Shown here piece after piece: positions 1 to 12,806 of a DNA stretch of 64,000 nucleotides (positions within the stretch are counted from its first letter, which is position 1; the number at the start of each line of letters is the position of its first letter). The notes under the pieces are model-generated. The model saw nothing but the letters and a program-made list of their open reading frames with translations. It did not search any database and had not been told where the DNA came from. Where the stretch lies: positions 54,374,001 to 54,438,000 of the forward strand of contig OX597832.1 of assembly GCA_951406725.2 (NCBI GenBank), read 5' to 3'. Origin of the DNA: Octopus vulgaris. Lineage: Eukaryota. Made by a program: the position numbers and the translations under genes.

Positions 1-247
1 TAACTTTAAGTGATCAAACAAGTCTGCCAATGAATTCCCTGGATTGCAGCAGAGGAAGGAAGATGGAAAGGTTGAAGAGACAGCTGAAGTTGGTCAACCC
101 TTTTGTTACCATATTCCTGTTGAAATACACTGTGTTTGTTTTAATCAACTTCAAAAATAATGAAGAATTTAGCAAAATAACTGTCATTATTAAGCTGGTG
201 TTTGGCACATAAACTGCCACAAAATTTTAATAGAATGTTTTAATTTA

Positions 248-600
248 AGGCAGTGAGCTGGCAGAATCGTTTGCATGTCGGGCAAAATGCTTAGCGGTAT
301 TTTGTCTGCCGCTACGTTCTGAGTTCAAATTCCGCCGAGGTCGACTTTGCCTTTCATCCTTTCGGGTCGATAAATTAAGTACCAGTTACGTACTGGGGTC
401 GATGTAATCAACTTAATCCCTTTGTCTGTCCTTGTTTGTCCCCTCTATGTTTATCCCCTTGTGGGCAATAATGAGATAAGAAACGTTAGAACACTAGATG
501 AAATGCTTAGCGGTATTTCGTCTGTCTTTACGTTCTAAGTTCAAATTCTGCCGAGGTCGACTTTGCCTTTCATCCTTTTGGGGTCGATAAATTAAGTACC
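248..600 (+). mobile_element. tRNA-derived SINE family B, with partial tandem copy
   Basis: ggcagtgagctggcagaatcg...gagttcaaattcc (A/B-box-like)...gtcccctctatgttt...gtgggcaataa; many other copies in the window. Confidence 0.85.
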
Positions 601-797
601 AGATGTTTTAATTTAGATCACTTTAAATTAGGAAGTTTATGCTATAAAACTACAGGGGTCTTGGGAGTGGGTAGGGATTGCGAGGGTTAATTGTTCCTGA
701 ATTAACGAAAAGCAAGAGGCTTATTGATGCTGTGTCGTTCGCTTGTTCATGTTTGATGCGACAACCTGAAACAATTGAGAATAAATTTGAACGGTAC

Positions 798-893
798 CTT
801 GCAACCTTAATAAAGTACTTGATGGATGTAGCAGATTTTTGACTGACATTTCGAAGGGAATATTGGTCCTGCATCATACCACACCCAATCAAA
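798..893 (-). CDS. NHE coding exon 12 (gene continues left of the window)
   Basis: ttttcag|...|gtaccg = (S)LIGCGMMQDQYSLRNVSQKSATSIKYFIKVA(S); compare NHE1 NISHKSHTTIKYFLK; 96 nt, phase 2 to 2. Confidence 0.94.
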
Positions 894-972
894 CTGAAAA
901 TATATTACATATAAAAATGCTTTTTTATAAACTTCAACACACTGTTTAATCAATATTAATTTATTTTATACA

Positions 973-1459
973 CCGTAAATCCTCGAGTATAGTCCGCCCT
1001 TGAGTATAATACGCAGGGGATTTTTAGGATGCTGTACCTCTGAAAAAACTAAACCTTGTGTATAATACGCATCCCTTCTCTAACTTGCGCCAAAGAGGTC
1101 TATATAACGTTCTTGGTTTGTAAAAATGTATACGGTAACATCCTTTATTATTATTGTATATATAACATAATGCAAACGTGTAGCTTTTTTGTGCATTTTG
1201 TTTGCAGAAAATAAAGAAATAACAGTAATAACGCTTAATAAATGTTGCTTACTGCAAGTTATGGATGATTCTTTTATGACTTCATTGCTTTCAGGCTTAG
1301 CTTAAGGTATTTTCGCGCCCGACATCACAAAATGCGTCCGAATAAACATTGCTGGACAGCAAATAAAGTTTCACTTTTAACCTCATATATAGTACGCACT
1401 ATTGATTTAGACCTTTAAATTTTGGGAAAAAGATGCGGATTATACTCGAGGATTTACGG
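973..1459. mobile_element. Tc1/mariner-superfamily (pogo/Tigger-like) MITE
   Basis: TIRs CCGTAAATCCTCGAGTATAGTCCGC / GCGGATTATACTCGAGGATTTACGG; TA at the right flank, CA at the left; internal subterminal repeats. Confidence 0.8.
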
Positions 1460-1918
1460 TATGCATGGCTGATATCACAAAGACAATACTAGTCAAGCCT
1501 TATATCACAGCTGATTATATATATATATATATCTTGAAAAATATATTACATATAAATTTAGTGAGATAATAAGGTAATGCTGTTGGTAGGGAGGAAGGTG
1601 AGAGAACATAGAATAAAATATAACAGGATAAGATACAATAAAAGGGGGAAATGAAAGAGAATGAAATATAGGCGTAGGAGTGGCTGTGTGGTAAGTAGCT
1701 TGCTTACAAACCACATGGTTCCGGGTTCAGTCCCACTGCGTGGCACTTTGGGCAAGTGTCTTCTGCTATAGCTTTGGGCCGACCAAAGCCTTGTGAGTGG
1801 ATTTGGTAGATGGAAACTGAAAGAAGCCCGTCGTATGTATGTATATATATATATATATATATATACGTATATATATAAATTGATCAAAATAAAATAAAAA
1901 CATGATGCGAAGGATTCA

Positions 1919-1996
1919 GCGGTACATATGTTTCGGGCCTTTATTAGACAGATTTATAACAATGCATAATGTATGTCTGTGGCCTTCTTCAGCTGC
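1919..1996 (-). ncRNA. Decayed minimal type-I hammerhead motif
   Basis: GCAG CUGAAGA A GGCC..(ACAGA/UCUGU)..GGCC C GAA ACAUAUGU A CCGC; palindromic stem III, one mismatch in stem I. Confidence 0.55.
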
Positions 1997-2792
1997 GCAC
2001 AACAGCTTCCGCAAGGACATGTGTTACATCAAAAATTCTTGGTTGGGGATGCAAATCCTCTCATCCACGTACGACATAATGCGGCAGCAGCATAGAATTG
2101 AAGCGTCCATCTCTTTCTTCTCTCAATGTAGAATGAGGAAAATTGGATGTTGAGGTAATGTAAATAAATAAATACATATATAGAGGTGAAGATGGAGGGG
2201 CGAGAGTTCGGGACGAGGGATAAAAAATGTATAAAAAAGTGTAAGTATAGAATAATATAAAAATGTAGAGGATAAAGAGTTGTAAGGAGATGTAAAGGGG
2301 GTATAAAGAAATATAAAGAAATGTAAATAAATGTAAAGGCATAAGGTTATAAAGTAAAAATAGAAATAGAAATAAAAATAAAAATAAATAGAAATAAAAG
2401 TAAAAAAATCTGATAAAACCATGATAAAAGTGTAAAAGAATGTAAAGATAAGGGATGTATAGAGGTTACGGACCAAGCATGGTGGTCAGGAGATTGATAA
2501 AATTTAGTTGTAGAATTGTCAGTAAATCAACAGTAAATCAACAGTTTCGTCTGGGGACTTAATGCGTTGTAAATCAGAGCTGATGAGCATTTAATCTGGT
2601 TCCTTGAATTAAATGGACTTCTGGTACATACATATCATCATGGATACATACACCCACATACACGCGTACATATACGCCTCCAAGCATATAAGCATACACA
2701 CGCACTCGCGTTTAAACACGTCCATAAACACACACGCACCCACACGCATGCGCGTACACACACATACATACAACAGAATATCCGCATATTCT

Positions 2793-3022
2793 TAGCGTGA
2801 AAAAATGTTTTAAAGTCATGGGAGCTGTGCTGTTTTCCGACTTTGTAAATATGTCCACGGGTGGAGTTTGAAAAGGTGCTCAGAGTTATTGTTTGTAAGA
2901 TGGCTGATAATTTTATGGGTGTCTGCCAAGTCAGCTGCAAGACGTCGGAGTTTCAATGTGTCCATGCCCAGGGATGTAAGGCGTTCAGAAAAAGGCAAAT
3001 GCCTGATGGAGGGTATTCTTGC
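2793..3022 (-). mobile_element. CR1-clade LINE ORF2 3' fragment
   Basis: Translates RIPSIRHLPFSERLTSLGMDTLKLRRLAADLADTHKII, with TRGHIYK in an adjacent frame; typical CR1 C-terminus. Confidence 0.75.
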
Positions 3023-3368
3023 ACTAATTATGCACCAACTCAATAGCAAGATTCTTTTTCCACTGCATCTTTCATCATAATACATCTTAAATGACATCAC
3101 AGCTTTCATGGTGTCATATCTTCCATAACACATCACAACTTTCATGATATCACATCTTTCAGATTGTGTCATGTACTGAGAGGACATTGGTGTTGCCTTT
3201 GTGGAGGTTTACGCTCTCTGAGAGCTCTTGTTTTCTATTTTCTCTTATTCTCCCCCCTATTTATCCCGCTATTAACATTACCCTATTACTTTACTAAACT
3301 CCAACCATGTTGCCTGAGATACGCCAACATATTATTACATGTAAATATGTTTGCTAACCCTGAACATA

Positions 3369-3631
3369 CTACATTATTTACATTTGACGGATATTTGTCC
3401 TCATCTTGTTTGTTGTTAATACAACATTTTGGCTGATATACCCTCCAGCCTTCATCAGGTGTCTTAAGGAAATTTTGAACCTAGGTTTTCATTCCTAAAG
3501 TATTTTTCAATGTTGTTGTTGTTATTGTTGTTGTTATTATTATTATTATTATTATTCGGATCACTGCCTGGAATCGAACTTGGAATCTTGGGGTTAGTAG
3601 CCTGCGCTCTTAACCACTACACCATATGCCC
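3369..3631 (-). mobile_element. tRNA-headed, hammerhead-containing SINE (family E), copy 1, HHR core mutated
   Basis: Head gggcatatggtgtagtggttaagagcg...gttcgattcc, (AAT/AAC)n linker, GACAC-CUGAUGA-AGGCUG..CAGCC-AAAA (G12 changed to A) at 3418-3463. Confidence 0.8.
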
Positions 3632-3679
3632 AAAATTATACAAATTATAAAAATTATTTTAAAAAAAATATATGCAGTA

Positions 3680-3766
3680 CAGTACTGTTTCTACTTCGCG
3701 GATTTTCACCTATCGCGGTGGGGCTTTGGAACGTAACACCCGCGATCGATAGTCGAGGGAATACTG
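3680..3766. mobile_element. Short Tigger-like MITE remnant
   Basis: TA-CAGTA...cttcgcggattttcacctatcgcgg...cgagggaaTACTG-TA termini. Confidence 0.55.
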
Positions 3767-3768
3767 TA

Positions 3769-4290
3769 GTTGAGGAACAAGTCCAGAAAGCAATTTTATT
3801 TTGGACATGCATTGTGCCACGAATCACTGGCTAGGAACCAATCTGCCAGGAGGTGTAGAGGGAACGGAAGCAAGAGGATATAAAAGAGGTTTGTGAGCTG
3901 ATGACATCAAAGAATGGACTGGACTGGAAACAAAAGCAGGTCTGATTGTACGCATGCAGCATGATAGAGAGGGAACTGGAGAGTGAATCTTTTGCTGATT
4001 TGACAGGATGAACTGGAAAGACGGTAACAAATGTTGCCATAGTAGAAAAGCTGAAAGTCCAAAGACACCTATTGTTGAGGAATAAGTCCACAAAGCAATT
4101 TTATTTTGGACATGCATTGTGCCATGAGTCACCGCCAAGGAACCAACCTGCCAGGAGGTGTAGAGGGAACAGAAGCAAGAGGATATAAAAGAGGTTTGTG
4201 AGTTGATGACATCAAAGAATGAACTAGAAACAAAAGCCTGGTTGATTGTATGCATGCAGCACAAAAGAGAAGAAGCTAAAATGTCTTGGC
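3769..4290 (+). mobile_element. Decayed RTE-clade LINE 3' ORF fragment, tandemly duplicated (~305-bp period)
   Basis: Two copies starting gttgaggaa at 3769 and 4074; remnants YFGH, GGVEG..RG, DDIKEWTG, WKD.VTN. Confidence 0.65.
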
Positions 4291-4414
4291 AAGCTGGGCC
4301 CTCATACACAAGGGAGAGCATGTTATTCAACATGACATTTTTCTGTAGTACCAGAAGCCTCATCATATATAATACAGAACCCTTGCCATTTATAACATGC
4401 ATATCACCGTGCTC

Positions 4415-4714
4415 ACCGTGACTGACCAGGCTATCAGATGTTGCTACACATCGCTGGTCACAATGCGCTTCGCATTGTTTTAGCCTCCAAATAATGCCAC
4501 CCTGCTGGCTAAGCGAGCAGGCCAACAGAAGAAAGAGTGAGAGAAAGTTGTGGCGAAAGAGTACAGCAGGGATCGCCACCACTCCCTGCTGGGGCCGCGT
4601 GGAGTTTTAGGTGTTTTCGCTCAATAAACATTCACAATGCCCGGTCTGGGAATCGAAACCGCGATCCTACTACCGCGAGTACGCTGCCCTAACCACTGGG
4701 CCATTGCACCTCCA
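4415..4714 (-). mobile_element. tRNA-derived SINE family C (tail type 1)
   Basis: Head ggaggtgcaatggcccagtggttagggcagcg...ggtttcgattccc; same element at 36050-36356. Confidence 0.85.
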
Positions 4715-5172
4715 CATAACATGCATATAACTCTCATTATACAATAACTATAGAAACTTGTTGCTGATGCCAGCAAATAATGTGTATTAACTGAATACAA
4801 AGGCACACATCAAAAAGAAAATCGGTGAGTTTAAAATTCTAGGTTGTTTTTTTTTTTATATTAAGTAATCTATGATAGAAAAAAATAAGTATTTTGTTTA
4901 TTTACAAAAGCATTAAAATCAGTTTCATTGCCAAGACAACGACTTAGTTGTAATTTGTATTAAAATACAGTTTAAATAAAAAAAAAAATTTTTTTTAATA
5001 TTTTTGAAAAATCAACAGAAATCTTGGTTTGATGGAATTACAAGATAAACATTGACACAACATTCTGTTTCAACAATATTCAAATATTAACTCTTTAGCA
5101 TTCTGACCGCTATGTCAAATGTATTGATTATATATTGACCTGCTTATAAATTTGCTTTGTTTATATATATAT

Positions 5173-5378
5173 GTGTGGCTTAGTGGTTAGGGTATTTGGC
5201 TTATGATCATAAGGTCGTGAGTTCAATTCCCAGTGACGCGTTGTGACCTTGAGTAAAACACTTTATTTCACGTTACTCCAGTCCATTTAGCTGGTAAAAA
5301 TGAGTAGTATCTGTATTTCAAAGGGCCAGCCTTGTCACACTCTGTGTTACGCTGAATCTCCTGAGAACTACGTTAAGG
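5173..5378 (+). mobile_element. tRNA-derived SINE with CORE-like body and family-C type-2 tail
   Basis: gtggcttagtggttagg...gagttcaattcc...cttgagtaaaacactttatttcacg...tcaaagggccagccttgtcac. Confidence 0.7.
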
Positions 5379-5775
5379 CATAGGAGTGGCTGTGTGGTAA
5401 GTAGCTTGCTTACCAACCCCATGGTTCCAGGTTCAGTCCCACTGCGTGGCACCTTGGGCAAGTGTCTTCTACTATAGCGTCGGGCCAACCAAAGCCTTGT
5501 GAGTGGATTTGGTAGGCGTAAACTGAAAGAAGCCTGCTGTATATATATATATATATATATATGTAAGTGTGTGTGTGTGTGTATATGTTTGTCCCCCCAA
5601 CATCGCTTGACAACCGATGCTGGTGTGTTTACATCCCCGTAACTTAGCGGTTCGGCAAAAGACACCAATAGAATAAGTACTGGGCTTACAAAGAATAAGT
5701 CCTGTGGTCGATTTGCTCTCAACTAAAGGCAGTGCTCCAGCATGGTCACAGTCAAATGACTGAAACAAGTAAAAG
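5377..5775 (+). mobile_element. tRNA-derived SINE family A, full length, with internal (TA)n(TG)n
   Basis: ggc..aggagtggctgtgtggtaag (A box)...ggttcagtccc (B box)...gactgaaacaagtaaaag tail; more than 25 full or partial copies in the window. Confidence 0.9.
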
Positions 5776-5962
5776 TATATCTTGTAGCTTTGAAATCTTG
5801 ATGTGATTGTTTACATTTGGAATGACATTATAGGATAAGTGTGAGAGGCCTGATCTGTCAGTTTTAACACAAAATGGACAGAATATTTCGGCTGGGTATG
5901 GTTGGGTTGAATGCTAAAGAGTTAATTCACCAACAAAATTGAATAAAGCAACTGAAGTTAAC

Positions 5963-6044
5963 CTGATGATTCCAGATAATTCGAACATATCTGCCATGAG
6001 GTAGGAGAGAAAGGCACAAGCGAAGACGGTAATTGGTTCCACCA
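5963..6044 (-). CDS. NHE coding exon 11
   Basis: ttacag|...|gttaac = (V)VEPITVFACAFLSYLMADMFELSGII(S); compare NHE1 [28 protein letters not shown]; 82 nt, phase 1 to 2. Confidence 0.95.
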
Positions 6045-6109
6045 CTGTAAATAACAACAAGAAAACAAGAGAGATTAGAGTTTATCATGCTGGAGTAATT
6101 TTCAAAGAA

Positions 6110-6347
6110 TATGAGGTGGGGTGGTGCTGCAAAGTTCCTAGCTTTGGGAAAAAAGAAACGCAGGAGGATCGGTTAATCATGATTTTATTCAACATATTAC
6201 CCTCTCAGATTGATACAGTTATTGTAGTGGTCCTTCAGTTTTTCTAAGCCTTGTAAAAGAACTCGGAAGGTTGGGCCTTCAACCAGGCCTTTTGTGATAA
6301 TCTTAAAGTCAGGAACATTTCCAGGAACATTTCAGTACACCCTTGCA
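6110..6347. mobile_element. Decayed mariner-like MITE
   Basis: Degenerate TIRs gagg..gtgctgcaaagttcctag / ccaggaacatttcagtacacccttg. Confidence 0.5.
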
Positions 6348-6509
6348 TATATGTGTGTGTGTGTGGAGGCGCAATGGCCTAGTGGTTAGGGCAGCGGACT
6401 TGCGGTTGTAGCATTGCAGTTTTGATTCCCAGACCGGGCATGGTGAGTGTCTATTGAGTGAAAACACCTAAAGCTCCATGAGGCTCTGGCAGAGGATGGT
6501 GGCAAACCC

Positions 6510-7015
6510 TCGAGAGTGTAGCGGGTGCTTTTTACATGCCACTGGCCCAGGGCCCAGAGGGGGCTGGCATCGACTATGTTTGGATGGTGCTTTTACGTGC
6601 CACTGGCATGGGAGCCAGTCCAGGTGGCACTGGCATTGGCTACGTTTGGATGGTGCTTTTTATGTGCCACCAGCACAGGAGCCAGTCGGGGCGAGGGGGC
6701 TGGCATTGAACATATTTGGATGGTGCTTTTTATGTGCAAATGGCATTGGGAGCCAGATAGGTGGCACTGGAATCAGCCACAACTACAATTTCCATTTGAT
6801 TGTGGTTTTGATGTACTTGACTCAATAGGTCTCCTCAAGCATGGCATGTCACCCTACAATCCAAAGGTACTTTTCTGAGTGGGCTAGTTATGCGACACTA
6901 GTGTAGGCTACAGCTGTGATCTCACTTCACTTGCTGGGTCTTCTCAGTCACAACATATCTGCAGAGGTCTTGGTCTTTCATCATTGCCTCTGTGAGGCCC
7001 AGCGTTCAAAGGCCT
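6510..7015 (-). mobile_element. RTE-clade LINE 3' end with tandem hairpin repeats (family D)
   Basis: ORF-end remnant (LGLTEAM..DQDL) followed by gtgcc.gtggcacgtaaaagcaccatcc units. Confidence 0.7.
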
Positions 7016-7064
7016 GTGGTCAATAATGTTTATGACACAAGTGCCGCTTTTGATTTGTAACTGA

Positions 7065-7109
<45 letters not shown>

Positions 7110-7221
7110 ATATAGGCCTACTTGCTTAGCCAGTTCGGTGGCATCACTTGAAAGCTAAAACAGTGTGAAGTGCATTGTGACCAGTGATATATAACAACAT
7201 CCAAGTCTGGTTCTTACCATG

Positions 7222-7292
7222 ACATATATATATATATGTGTATATATATATATGTGTATATATATATATGTGTATATATATATATATATGTG

Positions 7293-7323
<31 letters not shown>

Positions 7324-7346
7324 ATATATATATATATGTGTATATA

Positions 7347-7397
<51 letters not shown>

Positions 7398-7420
7398 TCA
7401 TCATCATCATCATCATCATC
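7222..7420. repeat. (TA)n/(TG) microsatellite followed by (ATC)n
   Basis: Direct inspection. Confidence 0.95.
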
Positions 7421-7454
7421 GTTTAACGTCCGCTTTCCATGCTAGCATGGGTTG

Positions 7455-7485
<31 letters not shown>

Positions 7486-8708
7486 CACACACACATGACA
7501 GGCTTCTTTCAGTTTCCATCTACTGGGTCCCCTCACAAGGCTTTGAATGGCCAGGGACTGAAATGGGAAACACTTGCCTAAAGTGCCACACAGTGGGATT
7601 GGACCCAAGACCAATCGGTTTGGAAGTAAACATCTTATCCACACAACCATGCCTAGGCCTACAATTATGAAGAGGCAAATGTTTCATCATCTAACGAGAT
7701 GTATAAGCAATTATGTCATTTAAACAAGACTCCCTGGCTATGAGAATCTAGCTTTAAGTACAGATCAAATTTGATAAAGATAGAATTGGGACACATTAGA
7801 CTCACAAACATATAATTAAACAAATATTTCAAGATTGCATCTGTAGAATTAGGATATGGAAATAATTCCATTTGTTATTTTATGGGATGGCTAATTAGTT
7901 TCGGTTAATAAAGAGACACATTCCACTATGTTAGGGTTCATCGTTAACATAATGAGGCAGTATTAAACATCAAAGGCATCTTCAAAAATTGCAAACAATT
8001 AGAGATAATTATTTCTTTTTTTTCTCTTTCTTTTTCTTGCTTCAGTTGTTGGAGTGTGGCCATTCTGGGGCACCACCTTGTAGGGTTTAGTCAAACAAAT
8101 TGATCCCAGTATTTTGGTGGTGGGGAGCAAGGATCTGGTACTTATTCTATTAGGCTGAATCACTAAGTTACAGGGACACAAACAAACCAACAAATCTACA
8201 AGTTGTCAAGTGGTGGTGCGGGAGAAACACAAATACAAAGACACACACACACATAGATATACATACATATATACACATATACATATGCATACATATACAT
8301 AAATACATATAGATATATATAGCTGCATACATACATACATATACTTACAGATAAATAGATACATATATACACATGCATACTTAGATACATACACATACAT
8401 AAACATATATACATACGCACAAATACATACACATACATGCATTTATACACAAACACACACATAATTACATACATACATATATATATCATTGCCAGTACTG
8501 CCTGACTGGCCCCCGTGCCGGTGGCATGTAAAAGCACCCACTACACTCTCAGAGTGGTTGTTGTTAGGAAGGGCATCCAGCTGTAGAAACTCTGCCAAAT
8601 CAAGACTGGAGCATGGTGCAGCCACCTGGTTCGCCAGCCCACAGTCAAACCGTCTAACCCATGCTAGCATGGAAAGCAGACGTTAAACGATAATGATGAT
8701 GATGATGA

Positions 8709-8742
<34 letters not shown>

Positions 8743-9049
8743 TACATAACACGCACATGCATGATGGGTTTCGACAGTTTTCATCTACCAAATTCGCTCA
8801 CAAAGCACTGGTCAGCACAGGGCTGGCTATAGTAGAAGACATTTGTCCAAGGCGCTGTGCTGTGGAATTGAACCTGGAAGCACCAGGTTGCAAGGTGAGC
8901 TTGGAAATTGTTTTCCTGATCATTTAGTCAAAAAGGGGATGGACAGAGCCCATGACCCGTTTTTTCGAGCCCCCGAAACTGGTTGAAGCAGTGGGGGGGG
9001 GGGAGGAAATGTGACAGGGTACACCTGCCATACAAGACCGATGTATTAA

Positions 9050-9283
9050 CCACCACTGCCACCACTACCACTAATATCACTACTGCTTCAATCACCACCA
9101 CTACCACCACCATCACTGCCACCACTACCCCTACCGTCACTACTAATTTCATCACCACCACCACCACCACCACTACTGCTTTCATTACCATCACCACTAT
9201 TGCTGCCGCCAACACCACCACCACCACCACCACCACCACCATAGCCGCCGCCGCCATTGCTGTCACCACCACCGCTGCCACCA
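9050..9283. repeat. Degenerate (ACC)n trinucleotide tract
   Basis: Direct inspection. Confidence 0.9.
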
Positions 9284-9631
9284 TACACACATAAATACAC
9301 TGTATATAGTATTCACATGATGGCTGTCCCCGTAACTTAGCCCTTCAGCAAAAGAGACCAATAAAATAAGTAACAAACTTTAAAAAGTAAGTGCTAAAGT
9401 TGATTTTTTTCCCACTAAAATTCTTCAAGGCAAGTGCCACAGCATGGCCGCAGTCTAATGACTGAAACAAGTAAAAGATAAAAGATATATGCTTCATATT
9501 TAAAGATGGTGGATATACATAAAGATCAAAGACAGGAGATTTGGGCACCTGAAACAGCAACAGCAAGATTTGAGGGAACACAGAGAGAAAACTGCAGAGA
9601 AACCATGGCTTGGAAAAAAATATTTATTTTA

Positions 9632-10162
9632 AGGCGCAGGAGTGGCTGTGTGGTAAGTAGCTTGCTTACTAGCCACATGGTTCTGGGTTCAGTCCCACTG
9701 TGTGGCACCTTGGGCAAGTGTCTTTTACTATAGCCCTGGGCCAACCAAAGCATTCTGAGTGGATTTGGTAGATGGAAACTGAAAGAAGCCCGTGCTGCTG
9801 GCCCATGAAAAGAAGTATCCGAATGTGATCAATGCCAGAGCCACCTGACTGGCTCCCATGCCAGTGACATGTAAAAAGCACCATCCGAAAATGGTTGATG
9901 CCAGTGCCCCCCGACTGGCTCCAGTACTGGTAGCATGTAAAGAGCACTATCTGAACATGATCGATGCCAGGCAGTCTGATTGGCTCCTGTGCTGCGGGTA
10001 TGTAAAAAGCACCCACTACACTTTTGGAATGGTTGGCATTAGGAATGGCATCCAGCTGTAGAAACATTGCCACATCAGATTGGAGCCTGGTGCAGCCGCT
10101 GGCTCTCCAGACCTCAGTCAAACTGTCCAACCCATGCTAGCATGGAAAACGAATGTTAAACA

Positions 10163-10203
<41 letters not shown>
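9632..10203 (+). mobile_element. SINE A head joined to a family D (RTE-type) body and (GAT)n tail
   Basis: SINE A to gaaagaagcccgt (~9793), then D units and aacccatgctagcatgg...(gat)n. Confidence 0.75.
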
Positions 10204-10204
<1 letters not shown>

Positions 10205-10449
10205 TATATGTTTGTGTGTCTGTGTTTGTCTCCCCACCATTGCCTGACAACCGATGCTGGTGTGTTTACATCCCTGTAAGGTTTGACAAAAGAGACCAAT
10301 AGAATATGTACTAGGCTTACAAAGAGTAAGTCCTGGAGTCGATTTGTTTGACTAAAAGCAGTGCTCCAGCATGGCCACAGCCAAATGACTGAAACAAGTA
10401 AAAGAGTACAAGGGTAAGTCAACAGAATATGTATTATGTTTTATCTCAC

Positions 10450-10561
10450 CTTTTACGTGGTAGGTATATTTTGTGAGTACGGCTGATAAGATACCGACGA
10501 GAATTCCCACAAGCAAGCCTCCAACAGAAACCACTAGAAATTTCACAACTCCTAAGAATAT
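10450..10561 (-). CDS. NHE coding exon 10
   Basis: ccacag|...|gtgag = IFLGVVKFLVVSVGGLLVGILVGILSAVLTKYTYHVK(V); 112 nt, phase 0 to 1. Confidence 0.95.
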
Positions 10562-10620
10562 CTGTGGAAGTAAAACAAAAATGAGGGGTTAAAAATAATA
10601 ACAATAACAACAACAACAAC

Positions 10621-10665
<45 letters not shown>

Positions 10666-11464
10666 CATCTTTAAGAACTTTAATATCTACACTGTACTGA
10701 GAATAGCCACATATGTTGTTGTTGTTGTTATTGATTATATTCAGTTTTCTCCGGACAAACACACAAATGATCATCTTTAAAAACTTTAATTTCTCTGCAA
10801 GAACACTCTTAAACGCCTCTGGCTATCTTTACAGGCTTAAAAACTTGATTATATTCAGTTTTCTCTGGACGAACACACAAATGATCATCTTTAAAAACTT
10901 TAATATCTACAATCTTATGGAAAAAAAAAATGTTTAATTGCTAAACACACACAAACAATCATCTTTAATATATACATTGTACTGCGAATAGCCAAATATG
11001 AAAAAAAAACCAGAAATTTCTACAAGAACACTCTTAAACGCCGCCGGATAACTAATTTAAGCAATTTATATATATAGAAATTATATATATGTGAGTGTGA
11101 GTGTGTGCATTTTATTTCTGTCTTTCTATCGGTAATTAAAACGCACAAGGTGAGTTGGTAGTAAACACATATTTGACCTCTGCTGACCGCTCCTTTGCTG
11201 GACCACATGGGTACAATCACTCTTTCACCCCTCACCTACTCCTATTGAGTAGACTAACGATATCTAACTGTATGACTGCCATCCTGCCTATCTACTGCCA
11301 ATCTGCCCCCTCCTTCCTCTAAATAATAATAATAATACACTGTTGCCATGACTACAAGGAGTGACCACAGGCCAGCTATGATAACAATGATAATAATAAT
11401 AAATAATAAATAATAATAAATAATAATAATAATGATAATAATAATAATAATAATGATGATGATG

Positions 11465-11525
<61 letters not shown>

Positions 11526-11603
11526 CAATATAATAATGAGCTTCTCTGCCCTAGGTGTATGGAAAACACTCCGCGAGAAAATTTGAAGAAAGAAGGAAAA
11601 AAC

Positions 11604-11650
<47 letters not shown>

Positions 11651-11828
11651 CCTTTCTACTATCGGCACAAGGCCTGAAAGTTTTGGGGGAGGGGTCTAGT
11701 CCATTACATCGACTCCAATGTGTAACTGGTACTCATTTTATTGACCCTGAAAGGATGAAAGGCAGAGTCAACGTTGGTGGAATTTGAACTCAAGTATTTT
11801 GTCCAGTGTGCTAAGGATTTTGCCAGCT

Positions 11829-11880
<52 letters not shown>

Positions 11881-11895
11881 TGATAATTATAAGAA

Positions 11896-12754
11896 TAACA
11901 AGAGCACTTAGAGAGTGCAAACCTCCACCAAGGCAGCACCAACATCCTCTCAATGATTAGCCAGAGATGATTTTTAAAATGAGAATATCTGCGGTGATGT
12001 GGCCGATGACAGTACCGCCTGATTGGCACTCGTGCCAGTGGAACGTTAAAAGCACATCCGAGTATGCTCATTGCCAGGACCAAAGGTTGGCTCCCGTGCT
12101 GGTGGCATGTAAAAAAAAAACACATTTGAGCGTGATCGTTGCCAGCGTCACCTTACCGGCACATAAAAAACAACATTTGAGCGTGTTCATTGCCAGTGCT
12201 GCCGGACTGGTTCCCATGCAGGTAGAACATAAAAAACACCTTTTGAGCATGGTCGTTGTCAGAACCGCATGACTGGCCCTCGTGCCGGTGACATATAAAA
12301 GCACCCACTACAATCTTGGAGTGGTTGGCATTAGGAAAAACATCCAAGTGTAGAAACTTTGCCAAATCAGATTGAGCCTGGTGCAGCCTTCTGGCTCACC
12401 AGTCCTCAGTCAAACTGTCCAACCCATGCCAGCATAGAAAGCGGACGTTAAACAACGACAATGATGATGATGATCATCATGAAACTCGACTGCTCTCACA
12501 AACAAGAATACTAAAAATGAACCTGACCGCTCTCAAAAATTAAGTAAAAAATCTGGAAAAATAAATAAAGCCAGAATCCTTGTCCACTACTGGATCGATC
12601 CCAAAACCTAATCAGCTTGTGCCAGTCATGAGGCCAAACATCTCTGAAAGTTTCATCCGAATCCATCGAGCGGTTCTTGAGATATCTAGTCCACGGACAA
12701 ATAAACAAATGCAATCGGAAACAATACCTCTGCCTTCGCTAAGGCGGAAGCAAT

Positions 12755-12755
<1 letters not shown>
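11896..12755 (+). mobile_element. Helentron/HINE-like non-autonomous element with nested family D insertion (~11990-12478)
   Basis: Starts aacaagagcacttagagagtgcaaacctccaccaaggc and ends in the hairpin tacctctgccttcgctaaggcggaag; related ends at ~3185-3232 and 14178-14310 on the minus strand. Confidence 0.6.

Positions 12756-12805
<50 letters not shown>

Positions 12806-12806
<1 letters not shown>

Noticed and set aside
3898-3915. CUGAUGA hammerhead core
   Set aside because: No stem II plus GAAA; it is RTE coding remnant (DDIKEW). The same lack applies to ctgatga at ~5963, ~13884 and ~21954.
5318-5768. Recurring ORFs such as '[26 protein letters not shown]'
   Set aside because: Antisense translations of SINE A, repeated many times in the window.
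8928-9300. Mucin-like poly-Thr or Gly-rich ORFs
   Set aside because: Degenerate (ACC)n microsatellite.
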